This document shows, in pieces, positions 30,895 through 39,740 of a DNA stretch of 59,415 nt (position 1 is its first letter; each line of letters opens with the position of its first letter). The DNA is taken from the IMG/VR virus record IMGVR_UViG_3300020403_000009, positions 1 to 59,415 of that record. One strand, given 5' to 3'. This DNA is from a virus (Duplodnaviria; Caudoviricetes). A program made the translations under genes and the position numbers. Below the pieces are notes generated by a model. It was not told where the DNA came from. It searched no databases and saw only the letters and a program-made list of their open reading frames with translations.

Positions 30895-31275
30895 TTATTC
30901 AGATACTAAATCCCAAGACTGAGTATCTTCATTCCATGTGTAATAATCCGTAGAACCTTCTTCAATAGTTGGGTAAGGAACTGGAGAGTCCCAATCCCAA
31001 GTAGTTTCATTTAATGTCCAAGATGGATAAGGTTGCGCAGGATAAAAAACATTATTAGCTGAATCGTAAGTCATCCCGACTCCAGCATAACGAAATCTCA
31101 TATTTGAATTATAAGAAGTTTGTACCCAATTGGTGTCTTGTCCATACAAGCTTTTACAAAATTCAATACCTAGTTGTTCGTTTTCATTTCCTTCTGAATC
31201 TAGTAATACTGCATTGTTTACAACAATGACTTGCTGTACTACGTTATTTGAATCTAATTTTGCAAAATGTGCCAT
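30895..31275 (-). CDS. Fibre-associated protein
   Basis: MAHFAKLD...WVQTSYN...YAG.G..YD...PYPSW pattern that commonly accompanies Gly-rich fibres. Confidence 0.65.
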   Translation of the reverse strand: MAHFAKLDSNNVVQQVIVVNNAVLLDSEGNENEQLGIEFCKSLYGQDTNWVQTSYNSNMRFRYAGVGMTYDSANNVFYPAQPYPSWTLNETTWDWDSPVPYPTIEEGSTDYYTWNEDTQSWDLVSE

Positions 31276-31285
31276 AATTTATTTA

Positions 31286-32359
31286 TTAATGTGTATAAGT
31301 ACCGCTTCCAGTATAAGTTAATATTGTATCACTTCCATCTGTAGTTACAGTGGGAGAACCTGTAGTTGTTCCGCTATATTCAGACGTTGGCATTCTTAAA
31401 ATAACTATTCCAGAACCTCCTGCTCCTCCAACTGCATTATTATGTGAAGCGTGAGCATTTTGCCCAGACCCGCCGCCGCCTGTGTTTGCAGTTCCATCAT
31501 TTCCAGGAGTCGCTCCAATAATAAAATAACTACCTAATCCGTCAGCGCCTCCACCAGCTCCACCAGGGAAACCAGTTGAACTATTTCCACCAGCAACAGT
31601 AGCACCAGCTCCACCAGCTCTAGTTACAGCTGAACCAGTTATTGAAGAGCTTGCTCCGTCTCCACCGTGTCCACCACCATTAGTGCCGCCAGTTTCTCCA
31701 GCGCCGCCACCGCCGCCACCTCTAGCAGAGTCTCCGCTTTCTCCAGCATATCCATGAGTTACTGGGTTTGTTACGGCTGCTCCACCAGCACCATAATATC
31801 CACCACCACCACCAGAGCCTCCAGTTCCGCTTAAATTAAAACCTCCAGCAGCACCTCCACCAATAGATTCGATAGTAGTTATATCTGAACCAGATATAGA
31901 CGAGCTAATCCCTTGGTTGCCTCTAGCGTGACTACTTGACCCAGTGGGTCTTCTTGCTCCACCAGCTCCGACTGTTATAGTGTATTGTGTTCCAGAAGAA
32001 AATGCTAACATCTGCTCAGTTGGTTCTCCACCTCCAGAAGTTTCTGAAGCATAAGAATTTCTATAGCCACCGCCACCTCCTCCACCAGAGCCGTACCCAG
32101 TTCCTCCAGAGCCTCCTCCTGCAATAACAAGATAAGAAACAAAAGGTATTGTTTCAGTATTCATTCTAACCCAACTCGTTCCGTTATAAAATTCAAAGGT
32201 AGTTGCGGCACTATTATTTGTAATAGAACTATTGTTTCTAATCATACCAGCCACAGGAGTTCCTGTAAACGAACTTGACCCTACTGGCATTTGAAATACA
32301 GTATCTACATTTGTTTCATTTAAATCTACTAAGCTTCCGCCTACTTTAGTTGTTGCCAT
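31286..32359 (-). CDS. Glycine-rich fibre protein, paralog of 29762-30883
   Basis: Same architecture with a nearly identical C-terminus. Confidence 0.8.
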   Translation of the reverse strand: MATTKVGGSLVDLNETNVDTVFQMPVGSSSFTGTPVAGMIRNNSSITNNSAATTFEFYNGTSWVRMNTETIPFVSYLVIAGGGSGGTGYGSGGGGGGGYRNSYASETSGGGEPTEQMLAFSSGTQYTITVGAGGARRPTGSSSHARGNQGISSSISGSDITTIESIGGGAAGGFNLSGTGGSGGGGGYYGAGGAAVTNPVTHGYAGESGDSARGGGGGGAGETGGTNGGGHGGDGASSSITGSAVTRAGGAGATVAGGNSSTGFPGGAGGGADGLGSYFIIGATPGNDGTANTGGGGSGQNAHASHNNAVGGAGGSGIVILRMPTSEYSGTTTGSPTVTTDGSDTILTYTGSGTYTH

Positions 32360-32361
32360 AT

Positions 32362-32550
32362 CTATACAGTACTAATTTGTCTCCATTCCGTGCCGTTATA
32401 AAATTCAAAAGCAGTATTATCAGTATTATATCTAAAATCTCCAACAACCGCAGAGCCAGGTCTTTGGGCAGTAGTTCCAGCGGCCCATGGAACAGCTCCA
32501 GAGTCTCCACTCAAATCTATTAAATTATTAGGGACTATTGTTGTTGCCAT
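32362..32550 (-). CDS. Short fibre-module protein
   Basis: GTTAQRP...FRYNT...FEFYNGTEW; corresponds to the N-terminal module of the Gly-rich fibres. Confidence 0.75.
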   Translation of the reverse strand: MATTIVPNNLIDLSGDSGAVPWAAGTTAQRPGSAVVGDFRYNTDNTAFEFYNGTEWRQISTV

Positions 32551-32554
32551 TTAT

Positions 32555-33388
32555 TTACTGTGTTATTACTACTTCGATGCCGTTTGTTGCTGTTACAGGT
32601 GGTGGTGTGACAAATGTTAGAGATGTTCCAGATACACTATAATTTGCCGTGCCACTCGAATCAACAGAGTTTTGATATACCCCACTAATAAATATGTTTA
32701 GATTATCAGCTGAACTTACTGAAGTAGACAATGTAAAGCCAGTAGCAGAATTGTTTCCTGTAAACTGGTCTTTGACAACTGTTACTCCAGCTGTATTGTC
32801 TATTGTAATCTCTGTAGCAGAAGTTTGAGTAAGTGAAATCCCTGTACCTTCTGTTAGATTTACTACTGAATCAGTTCCTGTAGCGGCATCTAAATTTATA
32901 GGCACGCTAGAACCAACTTTTGTTCCTGCGTTAATGCTGTAAGTATCACCAGGAGCTGTATTAGTTATAGTAACTACATCTGCGGCCTGTGTTATTGTAA
33001 GACCCGTACCTGGTGTAAGTGTTATATTGCTGTCTGTTCCAGTTGCTGCATCAAGATTTACATCTACACTCGAACCATTTGTAGAAGTACCAAGAGTATA
33101 AGTGTCTCCTGTAGCTGTAGAAGCAATTGTAAATCCATTACCTGCACCATCATCTGTTAAAGTTATATCAGACCCTGCTGTTATTGTGATTACATCTGTA
33201 GATGAATCACTTCCTGTTAATGTGATTGTTTCGTTAGCTCCTGCTTGTGCTGTGCCAACTGTATATGTTGTATTAGTTCCAACTAAACCTACTGGTATCT
33301 GTACGTTATCAGTTCCTTGATATCCTACAAGATAATCAATATCTCCTGTTGAAGCTGCTGTTGTAAACTGTGAAAATTTTACTGCCAT
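32555..33388 (-). CDS. Fibre protein with three ~55-aa repeats
   Basis: Repeats of DTY...NLDAATGTDS...GTG; C-terminal FTG...F.LS...ISGVYQ domain. Confidence 0.75.
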   Translation of the reverse strand: MAVKFSQFTTAASTGDIDYLVGYQGTDNVQIPVGLVGTNTTYTVGTAQAGANETITLTGSDSSTDVITITAGSDITLTDDGAGNGFTIASTATGDTYTLGTSTNGSSVDVNLDAATGTDSNITLTPGTGLTITQAADVVTITNTAPGDTYSINAGTKVGSSVPINLDAATGTDSVVNLTEGTGISLTQTSATEITIDNTAGVTVVKDQFTGNNSATGFTLSTSVSSADNLNIFISGVYQNSVDSSGTANYSVSGTSLTFVTPPPVTATNGIEVVITQ

Positions 33389-33389
33389 T

Positions 33390-33527
33390 TTATTCTGTTA
33401 TTAAATCTTCTAATGTGTCTTCGCTAACCATTTGTATAGCTAATTCTGTTATAATTTCTTCACTTCCAAACGGAGGTGCTTGAGAATTTATTCCTGTTAT
33501 AGCATTTGCTATCATTATGGCTAACAT
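33390..33527 (-). CDS. Small acidic structural protein
   Basis: 45-aa ORF MLAIMIANAITG...LITE filling the gap. Confidence 0.6.
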   Translation of the reverse strand: MLAIMIANAITGINSQAPPFGSEEIITELAIQMVSEDTLEDLITE

Positions 33528-33546
33528 AGTACACTACCTTTAATGA

Positions 33547-33804
33547 TTACCACAATGCTAATATATTCGTTGCGCTCGTACCAGTAGCAAATACTTTTAC
33601 TACTTGAACAGGTAAAAACGCTCCCGTATTGATTCCCACAAAAGTGACCTCATCACCTCCAACGGTTTCAACTTTTAAATTTCCTGCGCCACCAACATAA
33701 AGCACACAACCATTATTTACGCCTCCTGCTACATCAGGTATTCTTGCTGTATCACTTGGTGTAACGGCTGCGGCTCTGCCGACTTGTAACTTTTGATATG
33801 CCAT
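33547..33804 (-). CDS. Head spike base protein (RcGTA Rcc01079-like)
   Basis: AVTPSD...LYVGGAG.L.V...VTF....G.FLPV.V..V.ATGT.AT.I.AL. Confidence 0.7.
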   Translation of the reverse strand: MAYQKLQVGRAAAVTPSDTARIPDVAGGVNNGCVLYVGGAGNLKVETVGGDEVTFVGINTGAFLPVQVVKVFATGTSATNILALW

Positions 33805-33806
33805 TT

Positions 33807-33962
33807 TTAATCTTTATAAGGTATTAATCTATTTAATGTGTCACGCCTACCTTCACATCCGCAATCGGTGTTTGTCGCTTTTGCAACTGTATCTACCACA
33901 CGCTTTATTCCTGTGGCTTTTGTGAATTTATGTATAGTATCTCCGAATCCTCTTGATTTCAT
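33807..33962 (-). CDS. Small protein with CGC motif
   Basis: MKSRGFGDTIHKFTKATGIK...DCGCEGRRDTLN, 51 aa. Confidence 0.7.
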   Translation of the reverse strand: MKSRGFGDTIHKFTKATGIKRVVDTVAKATNTDCGCEGRRDTLNRLIPYKD

Positions 33963-34108
33963 TTGTTACAAGTACATAAATTGTTTTCACATTTTTTTGT
34001 TTTTAATGAAAGAAACAATAAACCTTTGTTCCATTTACATTTACATTTTTCCCAAAAAGAGCTAATCCAATTAGCTGCTTTTAGTAACCAGGCTGATAAC
34101 TTTCTCAT
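33959..34108 (-). CDS. Small Cys/Lys-rich protein
   Basis: 49 aa, ATGA-coupled at both ends. Confidence 0.6.
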   Translation of the reverse strand: MRKLSAWLLKAANWISSFWEKCKCKWNKGLLFLSLKTKKCENNLCTCNK

Positions 34109-34302
34109 CTTTTACATCCAAAATTATTGGCATAATTTGCCATTTTAACAACAGTTCCAGAATACTTATTAGTATTTTTCATAACAGCCGAAGCAGCAGC
34201 ACAAGTGCTTTTGCCAGGCATATTTCTTTTTACCCACTCTGTAAACTTTCCCTGTCTCGATTTTTTTATCTGCGGGAATTTTGTTCTTCCTTTAGTAGCC
34301 AT
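34105..34302 (-). CDS. Small basic protein
   Basis: ORF track; MATKGRTK start. Confidence 0.7.
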   Translation of the reverse strand: MATKGRTKFPQIKKSRQGKFTEWVKRNMPGKSTCAAASAVMKNTNKYSGTVVKMANYANNFGCKR

Positions 34303-34303
34303 A

Positions 34304-34504
34304 TTATTTTAAGTGGTCGTGTGTTTTCCAGTGCAAGTTATTGCTTCTATATTCCATTCCCTTGTCAGCGCCATATGCATGGCCGTACATTTTTTTAGAC
34401 ATCGCCTTGCTTTCATCTCTTCTGTCTTTCATTGACTGAGATTTTTTACCATTGCGAGCGCCTATTGACTCATCTAATCTTGAATTGTAACCTTGTTTTT
34501 TCAT
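34304..34504 (-). CDS. Small basic protein
   Basis: ORF track; promoter motif at 34522-34529. Confidence 0.7.
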   Translation of the reverse strand: MKKQGYNSRLDESIGARNGKKSQSMKDRRDESKAMSKKMYGHAYGADKGMEYRSNNLHWKTHDHLK

Positions 34505-34529
34505 TCTAAAATATTATTTTACAAATATA

Positions 34530-34820
34530 CTAATATTTTCCTTGCCTACTTTTTGGTGAACTCTTGGTAGAACCCCCTGGTCCAGCCCATAATTTTTTAC
34601 AAGCCCAGTACCGAGCAGTAAACTTAGAACTTGCTGTACTACACTTATGTCTAGCACGAAAAGACTTTCTTGCAGCAGATGAATAGTTGTGTCCATATCC
34701 TGTTGCGCCAAAGTGTATTAGCTTCTCTTTTCCACCTTGACAGGCTTTTACCATTTTCTTCTTCCCAGCCCTGTCACTTTTAGTAACGACATTGCATTTC
34801 ATTTTACTCTTGTCTGCCAT
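34530..34820 (-). CDS. Small basic protein
   Basis: KLIHFG...RKSFRARHKC...ARYWAC..LW. Confidence 0.75.
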   Translation of the reverse strand: MADKSKMKCNVVTKSDRAGKKKMVKACQGGKEKLIHFGATGYGHNYSSAARKSFRARHKCSTASSKFTARYWACKKLWAGPGGSTKSSPKSRQGKY

Positions 34821-35284
34821 TATGTTGATTTTGCTTGTATCACTATCCAGTTTGAACCATCAGACCAAACAGCAATACCATTAAATGCTTTATTCATTGT
34901 ATAACTAGCCGCTCCGTCAATAGTATCTCCTCCTGTAGCTGTTATGTTTACTCTTTCATTAGCTGTTACTGTAGAATCATTTACTATTCTCAAAAAACGA
35001 TAGGGTATCGCTGCTGCTGAGGGAAGGTTTAAAGTATAGTCTCCTCCGCCTCCAGACCATGTGATGTCTATAATATTTTTTGTAGTTGTTATTGTTGATG
35101 AACTTCCAGGAGATGCTGTTATAAACTCAGGCTCTAATGTAGCTGTTACTCCTGTGTATGTATAAGAAGCAATATCATCAATGGTGTATGCCTCTCTCAA
35201 TGTATCGATAAAAGCAGACCCTTTATCTACTGTGTCTACACTAGGGGCTACTCCGTGAAATTTTGTTCCTGCTGGTATGCTCAT
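34820..35284 (-). CDS. Structural beta-rich protein
   Basis: TLNLP.A, DTIDG, WSDGSNW fibre-like motifs. Confidence 0.7.
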   Translation of the reverse strand: MSIPAGTKFHGVAPSVDTVDKGSAFIDTLREAYTIDDIASYTYTGVTATLEPEFITASPGSSSTITTTKNIIDITWSGGGGDYTLNLPSAAAIPYRFLRIVNDSTVTANERVNITATGGDTIDGAASYTMNKAFNGIAVWSDGSNWIVIQAKST

Positions 35285-35514
35285 GCGTTTCTTACTGTTC
35301 TAGTGTTGCTTACAAATTGTTTTTTGCCTCCAGAAGCTTTCTTCTTTCTGGCTGTTGCGGCAAGCGCTCGCTTGCTAAGTCTTTTGGCTTTTGCTAAAGG
35401 CAAACATCTGTCAGGATTCTTTTTGTTCTTGCTTGTACCGCATGGACCTTTTATCTTGCCATCCATTCCAATACGAACCCATTTTTGCTCACGCCATTTT
35501 TTAAGCTCACCCAT
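35281..35514 (-). CDS. Small basic protein
   Basis: LKKW..QKWV...CG...CLP..KA...KQF. Confidence 0.75.
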   Translation of the reverse strand: MGELKKWREQKWVRIGMDGKIKGPCGTSKNKKNPDRCLPLAKAKRLSKRALAATARKKKASGGKKQFVSNTRTVRNA

Positions 35515-35633
35515 TACTTTTTAGGTTTTTTCATAGACTTTAATAATCTATCAATTTTGCCTGCTTGAGCTTTGTGCATAGCTGAAGCTTTTTTTAATTG
35601 AGATGAAATCTCTTTTAATTTTTTAGCATCCAT
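35514..35633 (-). CDS. Small basic protein (39 aa)
   Basis: MDAKKLKEISSQLKKASAMHKAQA...; TAATG-coupled. Confidence 0.65.
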   Translation of the reverse strand: MDAKKLKEISSQLKKASAMHKAQAGKIDRLLKSMKKPKK

Positions 35634-35770
35634 TATTTTTTTCTTCTTAAAGCTTTGAAGTCTGCCGCCTCAATCTTATTAGGATTGCCAGCTTGACTTG
35701 CAATATACTTTTGACCTTTGGTTAGCTTGTCAATGTTTTTATTTGAAAAGCCAATCCCATTATAATCCAT
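35633..35770 (-). CDS. Small basic protein
   Basis: MDYNGIG...ADFKALRRKK; the start could be 35785. Confidence 0.6.
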   Translation of the reverse strand: MDYNGIGFSNKNIDKLTKGQKYIASQAGNPNKIEAADFKALRRKK

Positions 35771-35771
35771 T

Positions 35772-35924
35772 TTATTTTTTGCCATAATTAGGGTCTTTAC
35801 AATATTTACTGGCAGCCATGTTAGCATAAGCGGATGGGTACTTATCAAAAGTACGCTTTGCCCAAGCTATTCCTGCTGCACAAATTTTATTTCCTTTCTT
35901 CTTCGTTCTTCCTTTAGTAGCCAT
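35772..35924 (-). CDS. Small basic protein (50 aa)
   Basis: MATKGRTKKKGNKIC...KYPSAYAN; not in ORF track. Confidence 0.7.
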   Translation of the reverse strand: MATKGRTKKKGNKICAAGIAWAKRTFDKYPSAYANMAASKYCKDPNYGKK

Positions 35925-36076
35925 TAGTATCCTGACTTAGTTTTTTTCTCCATCCCATATCCTGGGTTGTAAGATATTTTCCCTTTGCTCATTTTAGCAA
36001 ATGAATCTGCTTGAGCTTTTCCGACTGCGTTGTATGGAAAGGTTCTCTTCTTTCCTTTAATTTTTACTGTAGGCAT
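35924..36076 (-). CDS. Small basic protein (50 aa)
   Basis: MPTVKIKGKKRTFPY...; TAATG-coupled. Confidence 0.7.
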   Translation of the reverse strand: MPTVKIKGKKRTFPYNAVGKAQADSFAKMSKGKISYNPGYGMEKKTKSGY

Positions 36077-36078
36077 AA

Positions 36079-36249
36079 TTAAGCTGTTGTTTTAGGTTTA
36101 TTTGTTACAAATCCAGTCCCCATAGGACCTTCAAAACTTTTTTTTCTTTTCTTTCCTGGTTTATTTTTAGCCTCCATATTCTTTAGAAACTTTTCTACTA
36201 CTGTGTTTCTAAAGAGAAATGTACTGGGGTCGATTGGTTTTTTTGTCAT
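36079..36249 (-). CDS. Small basic protein (56 aa)
   Basis: MTKKPIDPSTFLF...; ATGA-coupled. Confidence 0.6.
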   Translation of the reverse strand: MTKKPIDPSTFLFRNTVVEKFLKNMEAKNKPGKKRKKSFEGPMGTGFVTNKPKTTA

Positions 36250-36431
36250 TTTATTTTTTTAAACATTTCATTATACAATACCTGTGCAAGGTACACTTCA
36301 TGTGGATTATCCACACAAATATCTTTAGTCATTTCTTTGAACTGACTTTGTTTTAATTTCATTAGTTGAGGTTGGATACCACCGCACCCCATCATCGTTA
36401 GGGTCACAACTAAAATACATATTTTTTTCAT
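36246..36431 (-). CDS. Putative lipoprotein
   Basis: MKK, hydrophobic stretch, MMGC lipobox-like motif. Confidence 0.55.
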   Translation of the reverse strand: MKKICILVVTLTMMGCGGIQPQLMKLKQSQFKEMTKDICVDNPHEVYLAQVLYNEMFKKIK

Positions 36432-36546
36432 GGTGTTTGTGTGTTTGTGCTATAATAGCGTTAGTTAGATTGTCGATACTTTTGCGTATCTCCTTTAATT
36501 CGTTTCTTAATCCGTTTGATTTAATTTTAATCTCTTCTTTGCTCAT
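36325..36546 (-). CDS. Hypothetical coiled-coil protein
   Basis: ATGA-coupled start; its 3' half overlaps the lipoprotein gene. Confidence 0.55.
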   Translation of the reverse strand: MSKEEIKIKSNGLRNELKEIRKSIDNLTNAIIAQTHKHHEKNMYFSCDPNDDGVRWYPTSTNEIKTKSVQRND

Positions 36547-36632
36547 CTTTTTTTAGCTGGTTTATTTTTACCTTTTTTTTGCGCTCTTGTACAGTGACTA
36601 TATTTTCCTCTTCTATTTAGACTCTTTCCCAT
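36543..36632 (-). CDS. 29-aa basic peptide
   Basis: MGKSLNRRGKYSHCTRAQKKGKNKPAKKR; fills the gap. Confidence 0.45.
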   Translation of the reverse strand: MGKSLNRRGKYSHCTRAQKKGKNKPAKKR

Positions 36633-36993
36633 TTTTTTTCAATTCAAAATATACTCCTGCAATAGAAAGCTTGTCTACGATTTCCTTTTGCATTTCGATA
36701 AGCATTCCTTCTAGCTCATCTTTTTGCTGAATTAACTGAGCAACTTGTCCTTCAAGTTTTTCATTTGCATTTTTAAGCTCTTGAACTTCGTTAGGGTTTC
36801 TACCTATAATAGTAAATAAAATTACTGATAATGAGCCAGATATAACCCCTACGATACTAACAAATAAATCTTTGTTATCGGATGGTATTTTGTTGTAAGA
36901 TAAGAATAATAACAATCCAACTACAACTAAAAAAATTCCAGCCGCTCCTGCGTAATGTCTAATTTCTTTTTCGGTACTTTTTTCTACAGCCAT
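36613..36993 (-). CDS. Two-TM membrane protein with coiled coil
   Basis: Two hydrophobic helices then heptad repeats; start probably 36993. Confidence 0.7.
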   Translation of the reverse strand: MAVEKSTEKEIRHYAGAAGIFLVVVGLLLFLSYNKIPSDNKDLFVSIVGVISGSLSVILFTIIGRNPNEVQELKNANEKLEGQVAQLIQQKDELEGMLIEMQKEIVDKLSIAGVYFELKKNGKESK

Positions 36994-37001
36994 TTTATAA
37001 A

Positions 37002-37019
37002 TATCTTTGTACAAATTTA
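37002..37019. promoter_or_regulatory. Two abutting Bacteroidota-type -7 elements on opposite strands
   Basis: TATCTTTG (+, 37002-37009) and TAAATTTG (-, 37019-37012) between divergent genes. Confidence 0.65.
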
Positions 37020-37033
37020 CTAAATAAAATTCA

Positions 37034-37468
37034 ATGCAATCTGATTACCTAAAGTACTGGAGAGTAGTGCGATACTTTATTAAGGCTAAGTATGGTCTAA
37101 ATGCTCAAGAGCTAGATATGCTTCTTTTTTTAAGGTCGGAGCAATATTTCGACAAAGGAAGGTTCCAAGAGTTCAATCAACTTTTGAATTGGAATAAAAA
37201 TAGATTTGAAAAACTAAGACAAGAAGGTTGGATAGAAGTCTTTCGTAAAGGTCACCGAGGAAGAAGAGCAGTATACTGTCTATCTTATAAAACAAAGCGT
37301 GTTATAAAATCTATATATGATAAGCTAGAGGGTAAAGAAATACCCACATCTCAAACTTCAAATCCCTTATTTGCTAAAAACGTATCATACTCCGATAAAG
37401 TGTATCGCAACATGATAATAGAAATGAACAAGTTTATAAAACAACAACGACATCGTTCTGAGAAATAA
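37034..37468 (+). CDS. Winged-HTH-like DNA-binding protein
   Basis: L...ELDMLLFL...L..EGWIEV...Y.LS.K; the only plus-strand gene in the late block. Confidence 0.55.
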   Translation: MQSDYLKYWRVVRYFIKAKYGLNAQELDMLLFLRSEQYFDKGRFQEFNQLLNWNKNRFEKLRQEGWIEVFRKGHRGRRAVYCLSYKTKRVIKSIYDKLEGKEIPTSQTSNPLFAKNVSYSDKVYRNMIIEMNKFIKQQRHRSEK

Positions 37469-37691
37469 TCGTGTAAGGTTCTTCATTGATGAGCATAGTA
37501 TATCCAGCTCTCTTATCATAATATATTTCATCTCCTTCTGATATCACAGTAACATCTGTTCCTGGTTTTACTACTTTTCCTTTTTTGTATCTTAGCTGGT
37601 TTGCATCTTCTGAAGATAACAATAGCCCTGAAGAAGTTTTAATCTCTTCTTCTATGGTTTTAATTACAATGTTTGTTCCTATTGGTTTCAT
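37434..37691 (-). CDS. groES: Co-chaperonin GroES
   Basis: MKPIG..IVIK...KT.SGLLL...G.VV..G...GD.I.Y...QNDV. Confidence 0.85.
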   Translation of the reverse strand: MKPIGTNIVIKTIEEEIKTSSGLLLSSEDANQLRYKKGKVVKPGTDVTVISEGDEIYYDKRAGYTMLINEEPYTIISQNDVVVVL

Positions 37692-37783
37692 TGGTTTTTA
37701 AATATTTCGTACCACCACTTAACAATAATATACTTTAAAAGCTCCCAACAAAATATTCCCGCTATTATCTCTTCCCAACTCAT
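37688..37783 (-). CDS. 31-aa membrane peptide
   Basis: MSWEEIIAGIFCWELLKYIIVKWWYEIFKNQ; ATGA-coupled to both groEL and groES. Confidence 0.55.
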   Translation of the reverse strand: MSWEEIIAGIFCWELLKYIIVKWWYEIFKNQ

Positions 37784-39405
37784 TTTTGCTCATAGCTTCG
37801 TGCCATAGTAACTATAGCGTTAGTAGATAAAATTGTTATAGCTACCGATACAGCATTTTGTAGTGCGCTCTTAGTTACTTTCATTGGGTCTATAATTCCC
37901 ATTTTGTACATATCACCATGCACTCCGTTCTTTACATCATAACCTCTATTTGGTAGATGGCTTTCGTTGTTATTGATATTATATATATCATCTAAATATA
38001 ATCCTGCATTCGAAAGAATTTGAGATATTGGCGCGCGAAGCGCGTCCGCCAAAATTGCGCAAGCAATTTTTTTCGATTCTGAATATTTAAAGTATGTGGC
38101 CATGTCATGATAATATAAGTAATAATCATACAACGCCAGTCCTCCACCAGGAAGTATACCTTCTAATAAAGCCGAGCGCACCGCACAGACAGCGTCATCA
38201 ACTCTGTCATAAAGCTCTTTCTGCTCTAGGTCGGTGTTACCGCCAACATATATAACACCTATTCCGCCTGTAAGCGATGCAATTCTCGACAATATAAAAT
38301 CCTTATCTGGCTTCTTGTTGGCAAGGTCATGAGCCTCCCACAATTGATTAACCCGCTCATGAACTTTATCTTCGGTTTCTTTATTATCTTTTATTACTAT
38401 AGTAGAATCTTTTCCTACAATAACCTTAGCCGCATGGCCGAGGTCTTTAAACTCCACGATACTCAAATCGTCTCCTGTCTTCTCTGAAAAATAAGTAGCA
38501 CCAACTGTCAGGGCAATGTCCTGCATAAGTTCATGTTGTTTGTAACCAAAGGAGGGTGGAGTTATGTTACAAATTTTCAAGTTGTTCTTCATCACATTCG
38601 CCGCAAGGGTGTTTATGACGTTTGTAGAACAAGGCGCTACTATTAATATTTTTTTTCCTTCTTGGATAATTGGCTTGAGTACGTTCTCTATCGTGAGCAG
38701 GTTTGTTATCTCCGCATCCGATACAAGTATATGCACATCCTCCAGTATACACTCATCCTTCTTCTGATTATTTACAAACAAGTTCGAGCTATACCCTCTA
38801 TCTATCTTGAGTCCATCAGTGGTCTCACTATAAGTATCTGAAGTCTGAGACCGCTCCACTGTCACAATCCCATTCTCTCCAACCTTATTATAAGTGTCGG
38901 CAATAATTTTACCAATAGTAGCATCGTTGTTGGCGGATATAGTCGCCACATCAGTCAGCATCTTCTTAGTAACCTTTCGACTATTCTTCTTTAATTTCTT
39001 TATAAGCTCTTTCGTCACAGATAAAAGTTCACGCAATATTTCAGTCTTATTATGCTCTTCTTTTATTAACTCCATACCCGAGCGTACTAACGCCTCTGTC
39101 AGTACTATCGCTGTAGTAGTACCATCACCCGCAAGGGTCGCCGTTCGGTCAGCCGCCTCACGCATCATGCGTACCGCTAAATTTTCTACTGGGTCTATAA
39201 GACTAATAGACTTTGCTACAGTAACACCATCCTTAGTCACAGTAATACCATGCGTATGCTCTGGTGATTCTATAATAACAGTATTACCCATTGGACCTAG
39301 CGTACTCTTTACAGCATCAGCCATCTTGGTTATACCTCTAATAAGTTTTGACTGCCCCTCCTTAGCAAAGTGTAACTCCTTTGGTGTGTATCCTCCTTGT
39401 TCCAT
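37780..39405 (-). CDS. groEL: Chaperonin GroEL (phage type)
   Basis: VKSTLGP.G, TKDGVTVAK, AGDGTTT, DRGY, GILPGGG, IIDP.KV; no GGM tail. Confidence 0.97.
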   Translation of the reverse strand: MEQGGYTPKELHFAKEGQSKLIRGITKMADAVKSTLGPMGNTVIIESPEHTHGITVTKDGVTVAKSISLIDPVENLAVRMMREAADRTATLAGDGTTTAIVLTEALVRSGMELIKEEHNKTEILRELLSVTKELIKKLKKNSRKVTKKMLTDVATISANNDATIGKIIADTYNKVGENGIVTVERSQTSDTYSETTDGLKIDRGYSSNLFVNNQKKDECILEDVHILVSDAEITNLLTIENVLKPIIQEGKKILIVAPCSTNVINTLAANVMKNNLKICNITPPSFGYKQHELMQDIALTVGATYFSEKTGDDLSIVEFKDLGHAAKVIVGKDSTIVIKDNKETEDKVHERVNQLWEAHDLANKKPDKDFILSRIASLTGGIGVIYVGGNTDLEQKELYDRVDDAVCAVRSALLEGILPGGGLALYDYYLYYHDMATYFKYSESKKIACAILADALRAPISQILSNAGLYLDDIYNINNNESHLPNRGYDVKNGVHGDMYKMGIIDPMKVTKSALQNAVSVAITILSTNAIVTMARSYEQK

Positions 39406-39454
39406 AATTAAATTGAATTTATACCAAAGCTATAACATTTTATCAAAAAATAAA

Positions 39455-39630
<176 letters not shown>

Positions 39631-39690
39631 TAGTATAATTGTAGTCTGTTTGGCTGAAGTCTAATGTACCCCCTACAGTGCCAGAAATAG

Positions 39691-39712
39691 AAAAGGTAGC
39701 CGAAGCTACCTT
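39691..39712 (-). terminator. Intrinsic terminator with C(UUCG)G loop
   Basis: Minus strand reads AAGGTAGC-TTCG-GCTACCTTTT. Confidence 0.8.
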
Positions 39713-39740
39713 ATCATTGACCAAACATAAAACTAAACAT

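Noticed and set aside
29762-32359. Diversity-generating retroelement (paralogous fibre 3' ends)
   Set aside because: No reverse transcriptase; both copies are coding and differ mainly at synonymous sites.
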